This document shows positions 31,965 to 57,019 of a stretch of 64,000 bases of DNA, piece after piece. The DNA lies in NCBI RefSeq assembly GCF_009914755.1, contig NC_060927.1; one strand, given 5' to 3'. The notes below the pieces were generated by a model. It made no database searches. It saw only the letters and a program-made list of their open reading frames with translations, and was not told where the DNA came from. Origin of the DNA: the human T2T-CHM13v2.0 reference genome, Homo sapiens. Numbering within the stretch: position 1 is the first letter of the stretch; every line of letters begins with the position of its first letter. A program made the position numbers and the translations under genes.

Positions 31965-33428
31965 ATGAGCCTCCCCAATTCCTCCTGCCTCTTAGAAGAC
32001 AAGATGTGTGAGGGCAACAAGACCACTATGGCCAGCCCCCAGCTGATGCCCCTGGTGGTGGTCCTGAGCACTATCTGCTTGGTCACAGTAGGGCTCAACC
32101 TGCTGGTGCTGTATGCCGTACGGAGTGAGCGGAAGCTCCACACTGTGGGGAACCTGTACATCGTCAGCCTCTCGGTGGCGGACTTGATCGTGGGTGCCGT
32201 CGTCATGCCTATGAACATCCTCTACCTGCTCATGTCCAAGTGGTCACTGGGCCGTCCTCTCTGCCTCTTTTGGCTTTCCATGGACTATGTGGCCAGCACA
32301 GCGTCCATTTTCAGTGTCTTCATCCTGTGCATTGATCGCTACCGCTCTGTCCAGCAGCCCCTCAGGTACCTTAAGTATCGTACCAAGACCCGAGCCTCGG
32401 CCACCATTCTGGGGGCCTGGTTTCTCTCTTTTCTGTGGGTTATTCCCATTCTAGGCTGGAATCACTTCATGCAGCAGACCTCGGTGCGCCGAGAGGACAA
32501 GTGTGAGACAGACTTCTATGATGTCACCTGGTTCAAGGTCATGACTGCCATCATCAACTTCTACCTGCCCACCTTGCTCATGCTCTGGTTCTATGCCAAG
32601 ATCTACAAGGCCGTACGACAACACTGCCAGCACCGGGAGCTCATCAATAGGTCCCTCCCTTCCTTCTCAGAAATTAAGCTGAGGCCAGAGAACCCCAAGG
32701 GGGATGCCAAGAAACCAGGGAAGGAGTCTCCCTGGGAGGTTCTGAAAAGGAAGCCAAAAGATGCTGGTGGTGGATCTGTCTTGAAGTCACCATCCCAAAC
32801 CCCCAAGGAGATGAAATCCCCAGTTGTCTTCAGCCAAGAGGATGATAGAGAAGTAGACAAACTCTACTGCTTTCCACTTGATATTGTGCACATGCAGGCT
32901 GCGGCAGAGGGGAGTAGCAGGGACTATGTAGCCGTCAACCGGAGCCATGGCCAGCTCAAGACAGATGAGCAGGGCCTGAACACACATGGGGCCAGCGAGA
33001 TATCAGAGGATCAGATGTTAGGTGATAGCCAATCCTTCTCTCGAACGGACTCAGATACCACCACAGAGACAGCACCAGGCAAAGGCAAATTGAGGAGTGG
33101 GTCTAACACAGGCCTGGATTACATCAAGTTTACTTGGAAGAGGCTCCGCTCGCATTCAAGACAGTATGTATCTGGGTTGCACATGAACCGCGAAAGGAAG
33201 GCCGCCAAACAGTTGGGTTTTATCATGGCAGCCTTCATCCTCTGCTGGATCCCTTATTTCATCTTCTTCATGGTCATTGCCTTCTGCAAGAACTGTTGCA
33301 ATGAACATTTGCACATGTTCACCATCTGGCTGGGCTACATCAACTCCACACTGAACCCCCTCATCTACCCCTTGTGCAATGAGAACTTCAAGAAGACATT
33401 CAAGAGAATTCTGCATATTCGCTCCTAA
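31965..33428 (+). CDS. HRH1: Histamine H1 receptor, 487 aa class A GPCR, intronless CDS
   Basis: Seven hydrophobic segments; amine-binding Asp in TM3 (SMDYVAS); DRY; long ICL3; CWIPY; NPLIY; C-terminus KRILHIRS. Confidence 0.99.
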   Translation: MSLPNSSCLLEDKMCEGNKTTMASPQLMPLVVVLSTICLVTVGLNLLVLYAVRSERKLHTVGNLYIVSLSVADLIVGAVVMPMNILYLLMSKWSLGRPLCLFWLSMDYVASTASIFSVFILCIDRYRSVQQPLRYLKYRTKTRASATILGAWFLSFLWVIPILGWNHFMQQTSVRREDKCETDFYDVTWFKVMTAIINFYLPTLLMLWFYAKIYKAVRQHCQHRELINRSLPSFSEIKLRPENPKGDAKKPGKESPWEVLKRKPKDAGGGSVLKSPSQTPKEMKSPVVFSQEDDREVDKLYCFPLDIVHMQAAAEGSSRDYVAVNRSHGQLKTDEQGLNTHGASEISEDQMLGDSQSFSRTDSDTTTETAPGKGKLRSGSNTGLDYIKFTWKRLRSHSRQYVSGLHMNRERKAAKQLGFIMAAFILCWIPYFIFFMVIAFCKNCCNEHLHMFTIWLGYINSTLNPLIYPLCNENFKKTFKRILHIRS

Positions 33429-36185
<2,757 letters not shown>

Positions 36186-36331
36186 CTTGTGGACAATCTC
36201 TGACCTCTTTTGAAGATGGGCACTGCATGGACTTCCAGGAGGTGGATTTAATAGTCTTAACTCAGCATGAAAAAGATGCTGGGATGCTCCTGGCTATTTA
36301 TGCACCCTAAGTGCCATAGAGACATGCTGTT

Positions 36332-36668
<337 letters not shown>

Positions 36669-37216
36669 TTAAAGATCTTATTTGCCAATATTTATCATTC
36701 CACAATTTGTCAGGCTTTCAAAGCCTAGCTTGACGTGACATATAATTCTCATTGTGGGGAGCATGTACTCTTCTCAACTCAGATGCAAGACAAATGATGA
36801 AGGTGGATTGACCTGAATCACTGTTGCCTTGAATAAGTGTCACAGGGCCTCATGACCCTGCTGTGTCTGAGAACATTCTCTGCCTCTTTAAGTCTCCTGG
36901 GTCTGCATCTTTCTTAATGCTCCATGGTCTTGGAGCCCCAATGGTCTGCCTATCCCATTCCAGGCAGCAGAGGCAGGTCTTCTTCCTTAGCCTCACCCTA
37001 TCTTCCTGCTAACAAGGAAGCCTCATTTGTCGTCTGAGCAATCATTAGCTCTGGTCCCCATATCTATTTTGGATTCCCAGACCTTATCTGTTAATTAACA
37101 AATATTTTTCCAGCACTTCTTATGTCTGGCCTGAGCCAGAAAGACATGATTTCAACCCTGTGGAGCTACTTCAGGTTTGCAAGTGACAGAAATCAACTTT
37201 GTGAATAGTTACTAGA

Positions 37217-37585
37217 GTATCTTAAGTCTGTTTTGTGCTCCTATAACAGAATATCACAGACTGGGTAATTTATAATGAATAGAAATTTATTGGCTCACAG
37301 TTCTGGAGGCTGGTAAGTCTAATATCAATGTGCTGGCATCTGGTGAGGACCTTCCTGATGCATCATGACATGATGGAAGAGCAAAGAGAGGGCAAGAGAG
37401 AGCAAAAGGGAGCAATCCCACTCCTGTAATAAAGAACTCACTCCCATGATAACAGCATTAGTGCATTCATGAGAGTGGAAACCCATGACCTAAACACTTC
37501 TTAAAGATCCCACTTCCCAATATGATCACAATGGCAATTAAATTTTAACATGAGTTTTGGAGAGGACAAATGTTCAAGCCACATA
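37217..37585 (-). mobile_element. MaLR LTR (MST/MLT1A-like)
   Basis: 'cacagactgggtaatttataatgaatagaaatttattggctcacagttctggaggctgg'. Confidence 0.8.
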
Positions 37586-38069
37586 GCATGGCATGCTTTG
37601 TGGAATCTAGTGATACTTTGGATGACTTTGCCTTGAGGAGGGCTTGAGACAAGTCAGCCATAGGAATCTCAAGCTAAGAATTCAAGGAAACTCCCTCTCT
37701 AGGATACTGCCAATGATCTACATAAACTAATCCTATTCCCACTCTATGAACATCAGTTCAAAAGTCCCAAACTCAGGATAAAGAATCGTCCTGTGTCCAC
37801 TTTACTCCAGTCAACTCTGGAGGGGGTGGAGGCTGGGGTGGCACAGGTGGTACAAACATAGCTGGAGAATCAGCAGTTCCCAGAGAAGCAAGGATTACTG
37901 TGAGTTCGGCAGAAGCTTTAAAAGGTGTTCATTATAAAATCACAAAACCCAGCAGTAGAGTCAAACTTATAAAGAACTAACTTTAACTTAGGCTCATATA
38001 TGCTCAATAGAGTAAAGCCTAGAGGTGGTGGGTATAAGGCATGCCTTCATATAAGAGGTGACATCCCTA

Positions 38070-38441
<372 letters not shown>

Positions 38442-38613
38442 TTAAAAGCAGAGTTTGATGAGTTTTGATGAATGTGTATACCTGTGTCAGCCCTACCTCA
38501 TTTAAGCTGTAGAACATTTCTATCACCCCAGAAAGCTCCTCATGCCCATTTGTTGACCATGCCCCACTCTGCTCCTAGGAATGACTGATCTACTGATCTG
38601 ACTTCTATCACTG

Positions 38614-40279
<1,666 letters not shown>

Positions 40280-40605
40280 ACTATAGCGATTAGTTTTGCT
40301 GATTTTAGAACTTTCTATCAGTAGAATTATTTAATATGTACTCCTTTTTTCCATCAACATTTTGTCTAAGATTCCCCCACACTTCAAATGGGTTGTGAAG
40401 ACTGAGAAAGGCTTACACAAGCACAGCAAGTGTGAGAGCATTGCAGGGATGGAGATATAAAAGAGCAGTGTGTGCTTGACCAGAATTAGTTTAGTGTGAC
40501 TCAAGCATGCAGTCTGAGAGGGCAACGGCAGGAGAGGAACCTGATATAGTCAAGAGTTGGCAGTGTTGAATTTTACTTGGACTTTTTGCTCTTGGAAAAC
40601 AGTAA

Positions 40606-42179
<1,574 letters not shown>

Positions 42180-42202
42180 GTAAAGGTTAAGAAATCCTTC
42201 TT

Positions 42203-43152
<950 letters not shown>

Positions 43153-43421
43153 TTAACCTTTTTGTGCTTCAGAAAATGTTCACTACAAAGAAATACTCAT
43201 TCTCATGTCACTTAAATGACTCCTGGTTGCCTCCCTTGTTTACTGTGGCAAGGTCAAACACAGTCCTTCTGAATTCCCATTCTTTGCCTCATAAATGATT
43301 ACAGAGCTGCTTGTCTCCATTGACCAGTTGGAAAAAATGCTTATTAACCAAACTTGGGTTAAGCTTCTTTCCTTTCCCCAGGCTCCTTACTTTAACCTAC
43401 TCTCAGCTTGAACTAGCATAC

Positions 43422-43882
43422 TGTCTCATGTGTCCGTGTGAAGAGACTACCAAACAGGCTTTGTGTGAGCAACAAGGCTGTTTATTTCACCTGGGTGCAG
43501 GTGGGCTGAGTCCAAAAAGAGAGTCAGCAAAGGGTGGTGGGATTATCATTGGTTCTTATAGGTTTTGGGATAGGCGGTGGAGTTAAAAGCAATGTTTTGG
43601 GGGTAGGGGGTGGATCTCACAAAGTACATTCTCAAGGGTGGTGAGAATTACAAAGAAACTTCTTAAGGGTGGGGGAGACTATAAAAGAACCTTCTTAAGG
43701 GTGGGGGAGATTACAAAGTACATTGATCAGTTAGGGTGGGGCAGAAACAAATCACAATGGTGGAATGTCATCAGTTAAGGCTATTTTCACTTCTGCGGAT
43801 CTTCAGTTGCTGCAAGCCATCTGGATGTATACGTGCAGGTCACTGGGGATATGATGGCTTAGCTTGGGCTCAGAGACTGACA
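43422..43882 (-). mobile_element. LTR7-family (HERV-H) solo LTR nested in an older LTR fragment
   Basis: 'gtccgtgtgaagagactaccaaacaggctttgtgtgagcaac...ggcttagcttgggctcagagactgaca'; 5-bp flanks catac/cacac. Confidence 0.9.
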
Positions 43883-44054
43883 CACACAACCCCTACTGAG
43901 AATAGGTTGGCCTCAAGATAAAACATTCTCTAATCTACTATCTGATCAAGCCACCCCTTCATCCCACTTCCCATATTCGGTTGTTTCCAGCCTTGTTTAC
44001 CTGCCTTTGGGGAGGGTGGGGGGTGGGGGAACCCTCTTTTTCCCTAACCATTGA

Positions 44055-44471
<417 letters not shown>

Positions 44472-45149
44472 TGCAGTAATCCTTTCTAATAAGTATCCTT
44501 ATTAGTCTGGATTTGTTTTCTTATTTGCCAGAATCAAACAAACTTCAGATTACGTTCCTGGCCCAAAAGCCCTTTAACTTTCAGCAAGCCACCTAACTTT
44601 TCTTAGATTCTGTTCTTTCATATATAACTTGGGGATATGTTTCAGGACTCTTGTGAGGATTAGAGATGTAAAACCCTGAAAACATGGTGGCTAGTTAATT
44701 AATAGCAGTCATCGCTCTTGTTGTTATGAGTCTAGAGTGGTATATCAGAGTTAATTTGTGAAAGGCCTTACAGGCCAGACAGAGAAACTTGTCATAATCA
44801 CTGCTGTATCTTCAACACCTGTCCAGTGCTTTGCACGCGCAGAGTATCTAACCAAGTATTGAGAGGGAATAACTTTATCTCACTGACAGTGAGGAGCTGT
44901 GAGAATGATGGCTGGTTTAGAAAAGGCAGGTTGGTCACTGTCGACGTTCACTGGCCTTTTCCTACTAAAATTCTCATCTCCTGGCTCTCCACACCTGCCA
45001 CCCTGATGGCCCCTGTGCTGCGTTTGATGCCGCCTCTCCTGGAGAATGACCATGGTGATCATTCCTGTCATCCTCTGAAATCAAAAGAGAGAACGTGGGC
45101 ACTTTCTTAAAAGCCTGAAGGGAATGTAGACATTCCGACATCTGGTAAG

Positions 45150-45620
45150 GGAGACGCTCTCCATCGCTTCCCCCAGGGGCGTCACCGCCCCCTGATGCCC
45201 CGCCCTCCTCACGACTCAAGTTCCTCCCACTTAGCTCGGTGCTAGGGGCGCATTTCCCCGGCATGCCTCTGCTCCTTTGCGCACGCGCGCCGCTTCCCAG
45301 TGGCAGGCGCGGGCAGGACCGCGTTGCGTCATCGGGGCGCGCGCCTCAGAGAGAGCTGTGGTTGCCGGAAGTTGAGCGGCGGTAAGTGAGCCGCGGCGGG
45401 CGAGGGTATAGTGGGGTCTTGCTGGGCCGGTTTTGGAGGCCTGGAGTCAAGGGGCGAGCTCGCCAGGGAGGGCGAGGGTCACAGCAAGTCTCAGGATCCT
45501 CCTCTGCCAGTTTCTGGGTGGTCCTTCCTCCTCCAGGGACTCACTGATTCCGGCTGGCGCCCTTCGTCTGTAGCCGCGTCCCCTCAGACTGGTTCAGTCC
45601 GGGGTCTTCTGACTTGGAAG
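45150..45620 (+). promoter_or_regulatory. ATG7: CpG-island promoter of ATG7
   Basis: CpG-dense; GC boxes, NRF1-like GCGCACGCGC (about 45279), CRE half-site TGCGTCA (about 45325), ETS CCGGAAGT (45365-45372); gene identity from known adjacency to HRH1. Confidence 0.85.
45330..45381 (+). other. ATG7: ATG7 non-coding exon 1 (start approximate)
   Basis: Consensus donor GCG|GTAAGT at 45381/45382. Confidence 0.85.
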
Positions 45621-47129
45621 CTCGTGCTGATTTCCTAAGTCAGCCCCTCCTGTCCTCTTGGTAGGCAGTGCTCAGAATCTTCAGTGTTGGAACACGGGAG
45701 ATGGGACATTTGGATTCCCAGCCTGGCTGTGTCTGGATTTGCTGTCTCTGGCACGTTCCTTCCCCATCTAAGCTGCTTTTCCATCTGCAAAATGGGAATG
45801 ATAATCCGCCATTTGTTTAAGTGAGGAGGTTAAATAAGTTTACTTTCTGAGAAAGAAGATTCTCGATTCCTTGGTTACAGGGTTAGAAACTAATGCACAA
45901 TAAGAATCAATCCGGTAAGGTAAATATAGGTGTTAGAACATTTGTCAGAAATAGAGTCAAACTTCTAATTTTATAAGTACAGTACTAACGTACATGATGT
46001 TGGAGAAGTACAAGCCAAACCGTGTGTGTGTGCACGTGCGTGCAGTTTCCTGATTTTTAAACACTGGCGACTGATGCCATTTTTTAAAAATTGGCAAGTA
46101 ATTCTGGCGTTTAAAAACATTGGCAACTCAGTTTTTACAAAACCCTGTTCAACTGTAACCAGTCATATCTGTGGCTGTCAGTTTGGGACCTCTGGATCCC
46201 AGACTCCCTTTTTCATTGACTACTTAGATTTTTTTCTCTGACACCTCTGCCCACTGGCCAGATTTCTTCAGTGACAGAAAGCTTTCTACTTCTGGTTGCT
46301 CCTGTTTGGTCCTCCCCCAGTTCTGACTCTTAGGTTGAGCTGAAAGCAGCTACTCGGTAATCTTAGCTCACTGTTCCTCCTTCAGGCTCTTGGAATCACC
46401 CCTGCATTTAATTGCCCTATACATCATTGAAAGCTGCTAGTTTGTCTTCCTCTTCTCACCTTTTCTTCTCTAGGCTAAGCATATTTAATGTATTTGCTCA
46501 TAGTAAACTTAACAGTGACAGCAAATTTTGTCATGTTTTGTTATATCCCCAGCATATAGAGCAATGCCTAGCATATTATATATGCTCAATAAATATTTGT
46601 TGGATGAATGAATAAAACAAATATTTGCCTGTTATGTGCCTGGCATTATTGTGGGCACTGGTGATCTATCAGTAAAATAAGAAGAAAAAGAACCCTGTTT
46701 CATGGCACCTTCTAATAATAGTGGTGGTGGTGGCGGTGGCGGCATTGTCAGTAAGGGTTGGTAGGTGTTTCCGATTCTGAAACGTACAGGGTCATGGGAT
46801 GGACAGTAATTGGGGGGAAGCATAAAAGCTAGCTAGTCAGGGATGGCTTCCCTGAGGAAGTGACCTAACACTTGAATAAAGAAAAGTCCAGTCTTGGAAT
46901 GGCTCATGTTGCTAAACTGCTTTCCCATCCCCCAACGCTGCTCCAGTCTTGTTAAGCTGCTTGCAGGTGTGTGTCACCTATAGCCCTTTGCTTCTGCTGC
47001 TTCGAACATCTCCCCTTCCTCTTCCATTTATCTTGGCCAACTCCTTCCTGCCCTCATGTGACATGATTTTGAAATCCTTTAAGAGCTGAGTACTGGACTT
47101 TCCATTACTCAACCACAGGTTCCGTTTTT

Positions 47130-50333
<3,204 letters not shown>

Positions 50334-50339
50334 GAACTC

Positions 50340-51430
50340 TATCAGGGGAACCTGCCCCCAATATTTCAAGGTATGTTCTTTCTATTTTCCATAAGTGTCA
50401 GCTGGCTGAGAAATAAAGAGAAAGAGTACAAAGAGAGGAATTTTACAGCTGGGCCTCTGGGGGTGACATCACATATTGGTAGGACTGTGATGCCGACCCG
50501 AGCTGCAAAACCAGCAGGTTTTTATTAAGGACTTCAAAAGGGGAGGGGGTGTGCGAACAGGGAGTGGGTCACAAAGATCACATGCTTCTGAGGAAACAGG
50601 ACAAGGACAAAATCAGAAACTCCTGATAAGGGTCTATGTTCAGCAGTGTATGTATTGTCTTGATAAACATCTTAAACAACAGAAAACAGGGTTCGAGAGC
50701 AGAGAACTGGTCTGACCTCAAATTTACCAGGGTGGGGTTTCCCAATCCTAGTAAGCTTGAGGGTACTGCAGGAGAACAGGGCATATTTCAGTCCTTATCT
50801 CAACTGCGTAAGACAGACACTCCCAGAGCGGCCCTTTATAGACCCCCCCCCCCCCCCACCAGGAATGCATTCCTTTCCCAGGGTCTTAATTATTAATATT
50901 TCTTGCTAGGAAAAGAATTTAGTGATATCTTCCCTACTTGCACGTCTGTTTATAGGCTCTCTGCAAGAACAAAAATATGGCTGTATTCTGCCTGACCCTG
51001 TAGGCAGTCAGACCTTATGGTTGTCTTCCCTTGTTCCCTGAAAATCACTGTTATTCTGTTCTTTTTCAAGGTGCACTGATTTCATATTGTTTAAACACAC
51101 ATGTTTTACAATCAATTTGTACAGTTAACACAATAGTGGTCCTGAGGTGACTTACATTCTCAGCTTACAAAGATAACAGGATTAAGAGATTAAAGACAGG
51201 CATAAGAAATTATAAAAGTATTAATTTTTGGAACTGATAAATGTCCATATTAAAATGAAATCTTCACAATTTATGTTCAGAGATTGAAGTAAAGACAGGC
51301 ATAAGAAATTATAAAAGTATTATTTGGGAACTGATATATGTCCATATTAAAATGAAATCTTCGCAATTTATGTTTCTCTGCTGCAGTTCCAGCCGGTCCC
51401 TCCGTTCAGGGTCCGTGACTTCCCGCAACA
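50340..51430 (-). mobile_element. MER11 (HERV-K11/HML-8) solo LTR
   Basis: tatcaggggaacctgccccc...gtgacttcccgcaaca; perfect 6-bp TSD GAACTC; internal tandem repeat at about 51190-51375. Confidence 0.9.
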
Positions 51431-51478
51431 GAACTCATTTGTATTTTCTCAAACATACCATCCTGGTTTGTTCTTTCA

Positions 51479-51738
51479 TTGTTTCAGTCATCAACAAGTA
51501 TTTATTGGGCACCTGTGAGGTGCGAAGACTGGTGTTAGAAAAACAATGACGAATAGGGGAAAATGAGAAGCTGGCACGGTTCCTTTCTCATAGAATTTTT
51601 ATTTATTCATTCTTTGTTTCAGTCATCAACAAGTATTTATTGGGCACCTATGAGGTGCTAAGTCAGGTGCTAGAAAAACAATGATGAATGGGGGAAAATG
51701 AGAAGCTGACATGGTTCCTTTCTCATAGAATTTTTATT
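51479..51738 (+). repeat. Two-copy tandem duplication (period 135 bp) of an L2 3'-end fragment
   Basis: gtttcagtcatcaacaagtatttattgggcacc...catagaatttttatt at 51481 and 51616. Confidence 0.9.
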
Positions 51739-52104
51739 CTACTGAGGAGGATAACTGCATACGTGCTATGAAGGTAAGGTAGTTGGTGCTCTTTGAGGAC
51801 TAGAATACAGGAGGATCGACCTAATCCAGAGCTGAGGGAGTCAGGGAAGGCTTCCCTCAGAAGTGATGATTGAGCTGTGATTTGAAGTGAGCAAAGAAAT
51901 TCACTAGATGATGGGTATGTGGAGGTGGCCAAGAAAATTCTAAGCTTATGCAGAGGCCATGGGGTGTTTCTGCAGTTGATGATGTGGAGCTGAGTCAGCT
52001 TCCTCCCTTTGCCTGGAGAGTCCCCACTCCCTACCTCTAGCCTCCTCATCCAGGGGTCCTTGCATGGGGCTAGTGCTGTCATCTAACCCTCCCTTTCTCA
52101 ACCA

Positions 52105-52690
52105 TCAGGGGTGGGTTTAGAAGTTTGTGGAGCTGTTTTATTTTGCTTTGTTTTGTGACATTGACCAGAGGGCATTACTGCATTTATTGAGAGAGAGCCA
52201 GAGATGCTCAACATTCTGCAGTGTGCAGGGATAGCTCTAAACAAAAAAGAATTGTTCCATCCAGCATGCCAGTAGGGCCCCTGTTGAGAATCTACTTGGA
52301 TGTTCTTAAAACCTTGGGTTAAGGGTTTCTATAGGATATTCTTAAAACCTTGGCTTGGCTGGGTGTGGTGGCTCACGCCTGTAATCCCAGCACTTTGGGA
52401 GGCCGAGGCGGGTGGATCACAAGGTCAGGAGTTCGAGACCAACCTGACCAACATAGTGAAACCTTGTCTCTACTAAAAATACAAAAATTAGCCAGGCATG
52501 GTGGCGGGTGCCTGTAATCCCAGCTACTCAGGAGGCTAAGGCAGGAGAATCGCTTGAACCCGGGAGGCAGAGGTTGCAGTGAAGCCGAAATTGAGCCACC
52601 TCCCTCCAGCCTGGGTGACAGAGCAAGACTCTGTCTCAAGACTCCGTCTCAAAAAACAAAAAATAAAAAGCAAACAAACAAAAAAACCCC
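52105..52690 (+). mobile_element. MER20-like fragment followed by an AluS (about 52358-52686)
   Basis: MER20 motifs; Alu dimer. Confidence 0.75.
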
Positions 52691-52970
52691 ACCTTGGCTT
52701 AAGGGTTTCTATAGGAAACACTGTTGCCTCATCAGTCTAATTTAGATATCCCTCCTCCTATAACATTCTGTACAAACGCCAGGCTATACTGTATTTGTTT
52801 TACCTCCAAATTGCTATACTCCGATTCCTCTTCTGTTTTGTTGTCTGTTTTGGCTTCAAAATTGTTAGCTCTTTAAAGGTGGGGACCATAGTTTTTTTTT
52901 TTTTTGCCATTGAACCCTGAAATGTAGCACAGGGACAAGTATGTAACATAACTGTTTATTGAAGAAATAA

Positions 52971-53450
<480 letters not shown>

Positions 53451-53479
53451 TTCCAGTCTAGCAGACCATCTGCCTTGTC

Positions 53480-54110
53480 CAGTTGTTTTCTTGAACTTAG
53501 ATTTAGGGCCCTAGATTTACCTCTATGAAATTTCAAATCTTGTTAAAATAGGCCTGCCATTCCAGATGGTTGGAATCTTTTTTTATCCTGAATTTTAGTC
53601 ACTTGTATTGCCTGTTTCTTCTTTTGTCATGAAATTGATAAGCAAATCTATATCATTATCCAAGTTATTGGTAAAATATGGTAATAAGAATACTTTATTG
53701 AATATGTTTATTTGCCTATTCCCCCTGCTCTTAGCCCCAGCACAGGGTTCAGTGCACATGAAATACTTAGTAAATGTTGATAAATATTCATTCATGTGGA
53801 TAAATAAAATAAATTGGACAGGCCCAGAGACTAAGCCAAAGACCTACTGCTATTAGCTCCTTTCTAATTAACATTAATTAATTCAGTAACCAAGATCCTT
53901 TGAATAAGATTATTTTACCAGTTCTTAATCCCTCTAATTATGTCAGGATCCAATTCCTGTATCTTCACCTTGTCTACCGGGATTTCTAGAGCAGCCTTGT
54001 GAGAGACATTTCTGAGACCTGTATGTCCTGCGTCTATGATTCTTCCCTGATCAAGGTAGGAATGCAGTTACTCTGTCATGACTTTTTCTTAGAGAAACCA
54101 TATTGGCCTC
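53480..54110 (-). mobile_element. Probable L3/CR1 LINE fossil with an L2 tail insert
   Basis: 'aaattgataagc...atccaagttattggtaaaatatg...ggacaggcccagagac' resembles CR1 RT antisense motifs. Confidence 0.5.
53947..54055 (+). other. ATG7: Probable ATG7 alternative 5'UTR exon (109 nt)
   Basis: tgtcAG| acceptor and AAG|GTAGGA donor; size fits my recollection of the ATG7 leader exon structure. Confidence 0.6.
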
Positions 54111-54292
54111 TTGTGATTACTTAGGGCTGCCTCATACAGTTATGCAGGCTGTGCACTGCACAAGAGGCCACATCAAAGGGGGTTCCATTTATATCATAGG
54201 TATCATGGGTGCATTTTTGTAATGACAGTGGCAGAGAAGGCTACCATGTCTTGAGCTAATCTAATCAGTATATTACAACATTTCTCTAACTA

Positions 54293-54765
<473 letters not shown>

Positions 54766-55145
54766 TCAAACATTTTGAAAATCGGAAATCAGGCCTTTGC
54801 TTGGCCCAGTTTTAAAGTACTTCTCCCGTTTCTCAGGATTCTTTAAACATACCAGAAATGAAAACCACAGAGATGTAATTATTTAGAAGCAAGCCTTCAT
54901 AACTCAGCCAGCTTTTAGGAAACCATCATAGATTTTAGTTGTTGGTTGGCATAGGGCTCCACAGTGATTTAGACAAATCCAGGTGGGTGTCTCTCAGATG
55001 AACAGAGAAATGGGCAACACTGTTGATCAGTGGAGGTAACAAAAGGACTCAGAAGGAGGCACACTCCCCTCCATCTTCCTGGCATTATTGCTTCCTCTCT
55101 CCTCTTTCCCACATTTTCTCAGCTGTCACTGTCCCTCCCATGTAG

Positions 55146-55391
55146 GCTTCTCAAACCCCATAATGCTGGTATCCAGTGCATCCGTTCTCAAAAACTGAAG
55201 CTGATGGACACCAGATTGCATGTGAAGGTGAAGGATATTATAGCAGAAGGAAACCAAAATAAAAGAAAAACAGCTCCTGGAAGTAACCAATGAGAAGGAC
55301 AGATAAGAGTTTGAAGACTGTGGATGTGACTGCTTGTTCCCTGGTTGACACACTGAAGAAGAAATCATGTTGATTCAGAGTTGGCTTGGAG
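55146..55391 (+). other. ATG7: Probable ATG7 alternative 5'UTR exon (246 nt)
   Basis: Pyrimidine-rich acceptor ccctcccatgtAG| and donor GAG|GTGAGG. Confidence 0.65.
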
Positions 55392-56309
55392 GTGAGGAGG
55401 ACAACTCACCCATCATAGCAATTTTCCTAACTGCCAGTGTGATCAGCTGTTACCACAGAAATCACCTGAAAGCACAGTCACAAACCAATTTGGCTGACTT
55501 GATGATTTGATGTCTTGTGGAGATGTTAGTTTTGCTCAGGGACATCTTGACTCTAATGCAACTTTTAAAAGGAAGTGAGGTTTCTGTACCCAGCTGGTTT
55601 CCCTGTAGGAGTCCTGAGTTCTCATCTTCCGGTAGAGCCTACTCTTTCTTCTAAGTTTAGAACTTTTTCCCTTCTTTTGGAAGAGAAGGCTTTAAACCTC
55701 CCTCTTTAACAGCCTTGCAGATTGTTTCTGAAACTCATGAGGTTGCAGAAGCATCATTTGTCTATAAAATGTGCATTGGCTCCATATGCCAAAGCAGCCC
55801 CCTCCCGACTCCTGGTGATCTCTACCTCCTTTTTACACATCAGCAGCTAAGAACATATGCTGTTTGTCAGCGGGACTTGGTCATGTGGTTTGGTGCTTAT
55901 TTTAATGACTGCCAGAGCTTGCAGCCCTGCAGCTGGGAAAATGAGAATAGAAGCCTGCTCTGTGTGCTCCATTTTGGCCCAGAGAAGGCACTTCAGGGCC
56001 AAATTGCAGTTATTCTGGCACTTCTGCTAAGTGAATGGCCCCACATGGGCTCAGAGAAATCGGACACTGAGTGCTCGCTGCCCTTTAGAACTTGTTCTTT
56101 TGGACTTCTCGATGACCTGTAGTGGGAGACTGACCATTTCCTTTTAATTAAGCCTCTGTTGTGCTTGCAGAGCTCTTTTGAGGGAGGTAGGCTTTAAATG
56201 AGGCATGTTTTAGGCAGAGGAAATTTTCATAGTGAGCATGGGGAAGGGGAACCACATTAGTCAGGCATTGTTGGCTAATATGGGGCAGTGACAAGAAAAA
56301 CTACCAGCA

Positions 56310-57019
<710 letters not shown>

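Noticed and set aside
31799-32218. 139-aa ORF antisense to the HRH1 5' CDS, plus other short antisense ORFs
   Set aside because: Expected shadow ORFs of a GC-rich CDS; no recognisable domain or independent gene signals.
55715-56122. 135-aa ORF in ATG7 intron
   Set aside because: Non-ATG start, no similarity to ATG7 protein or known domains.
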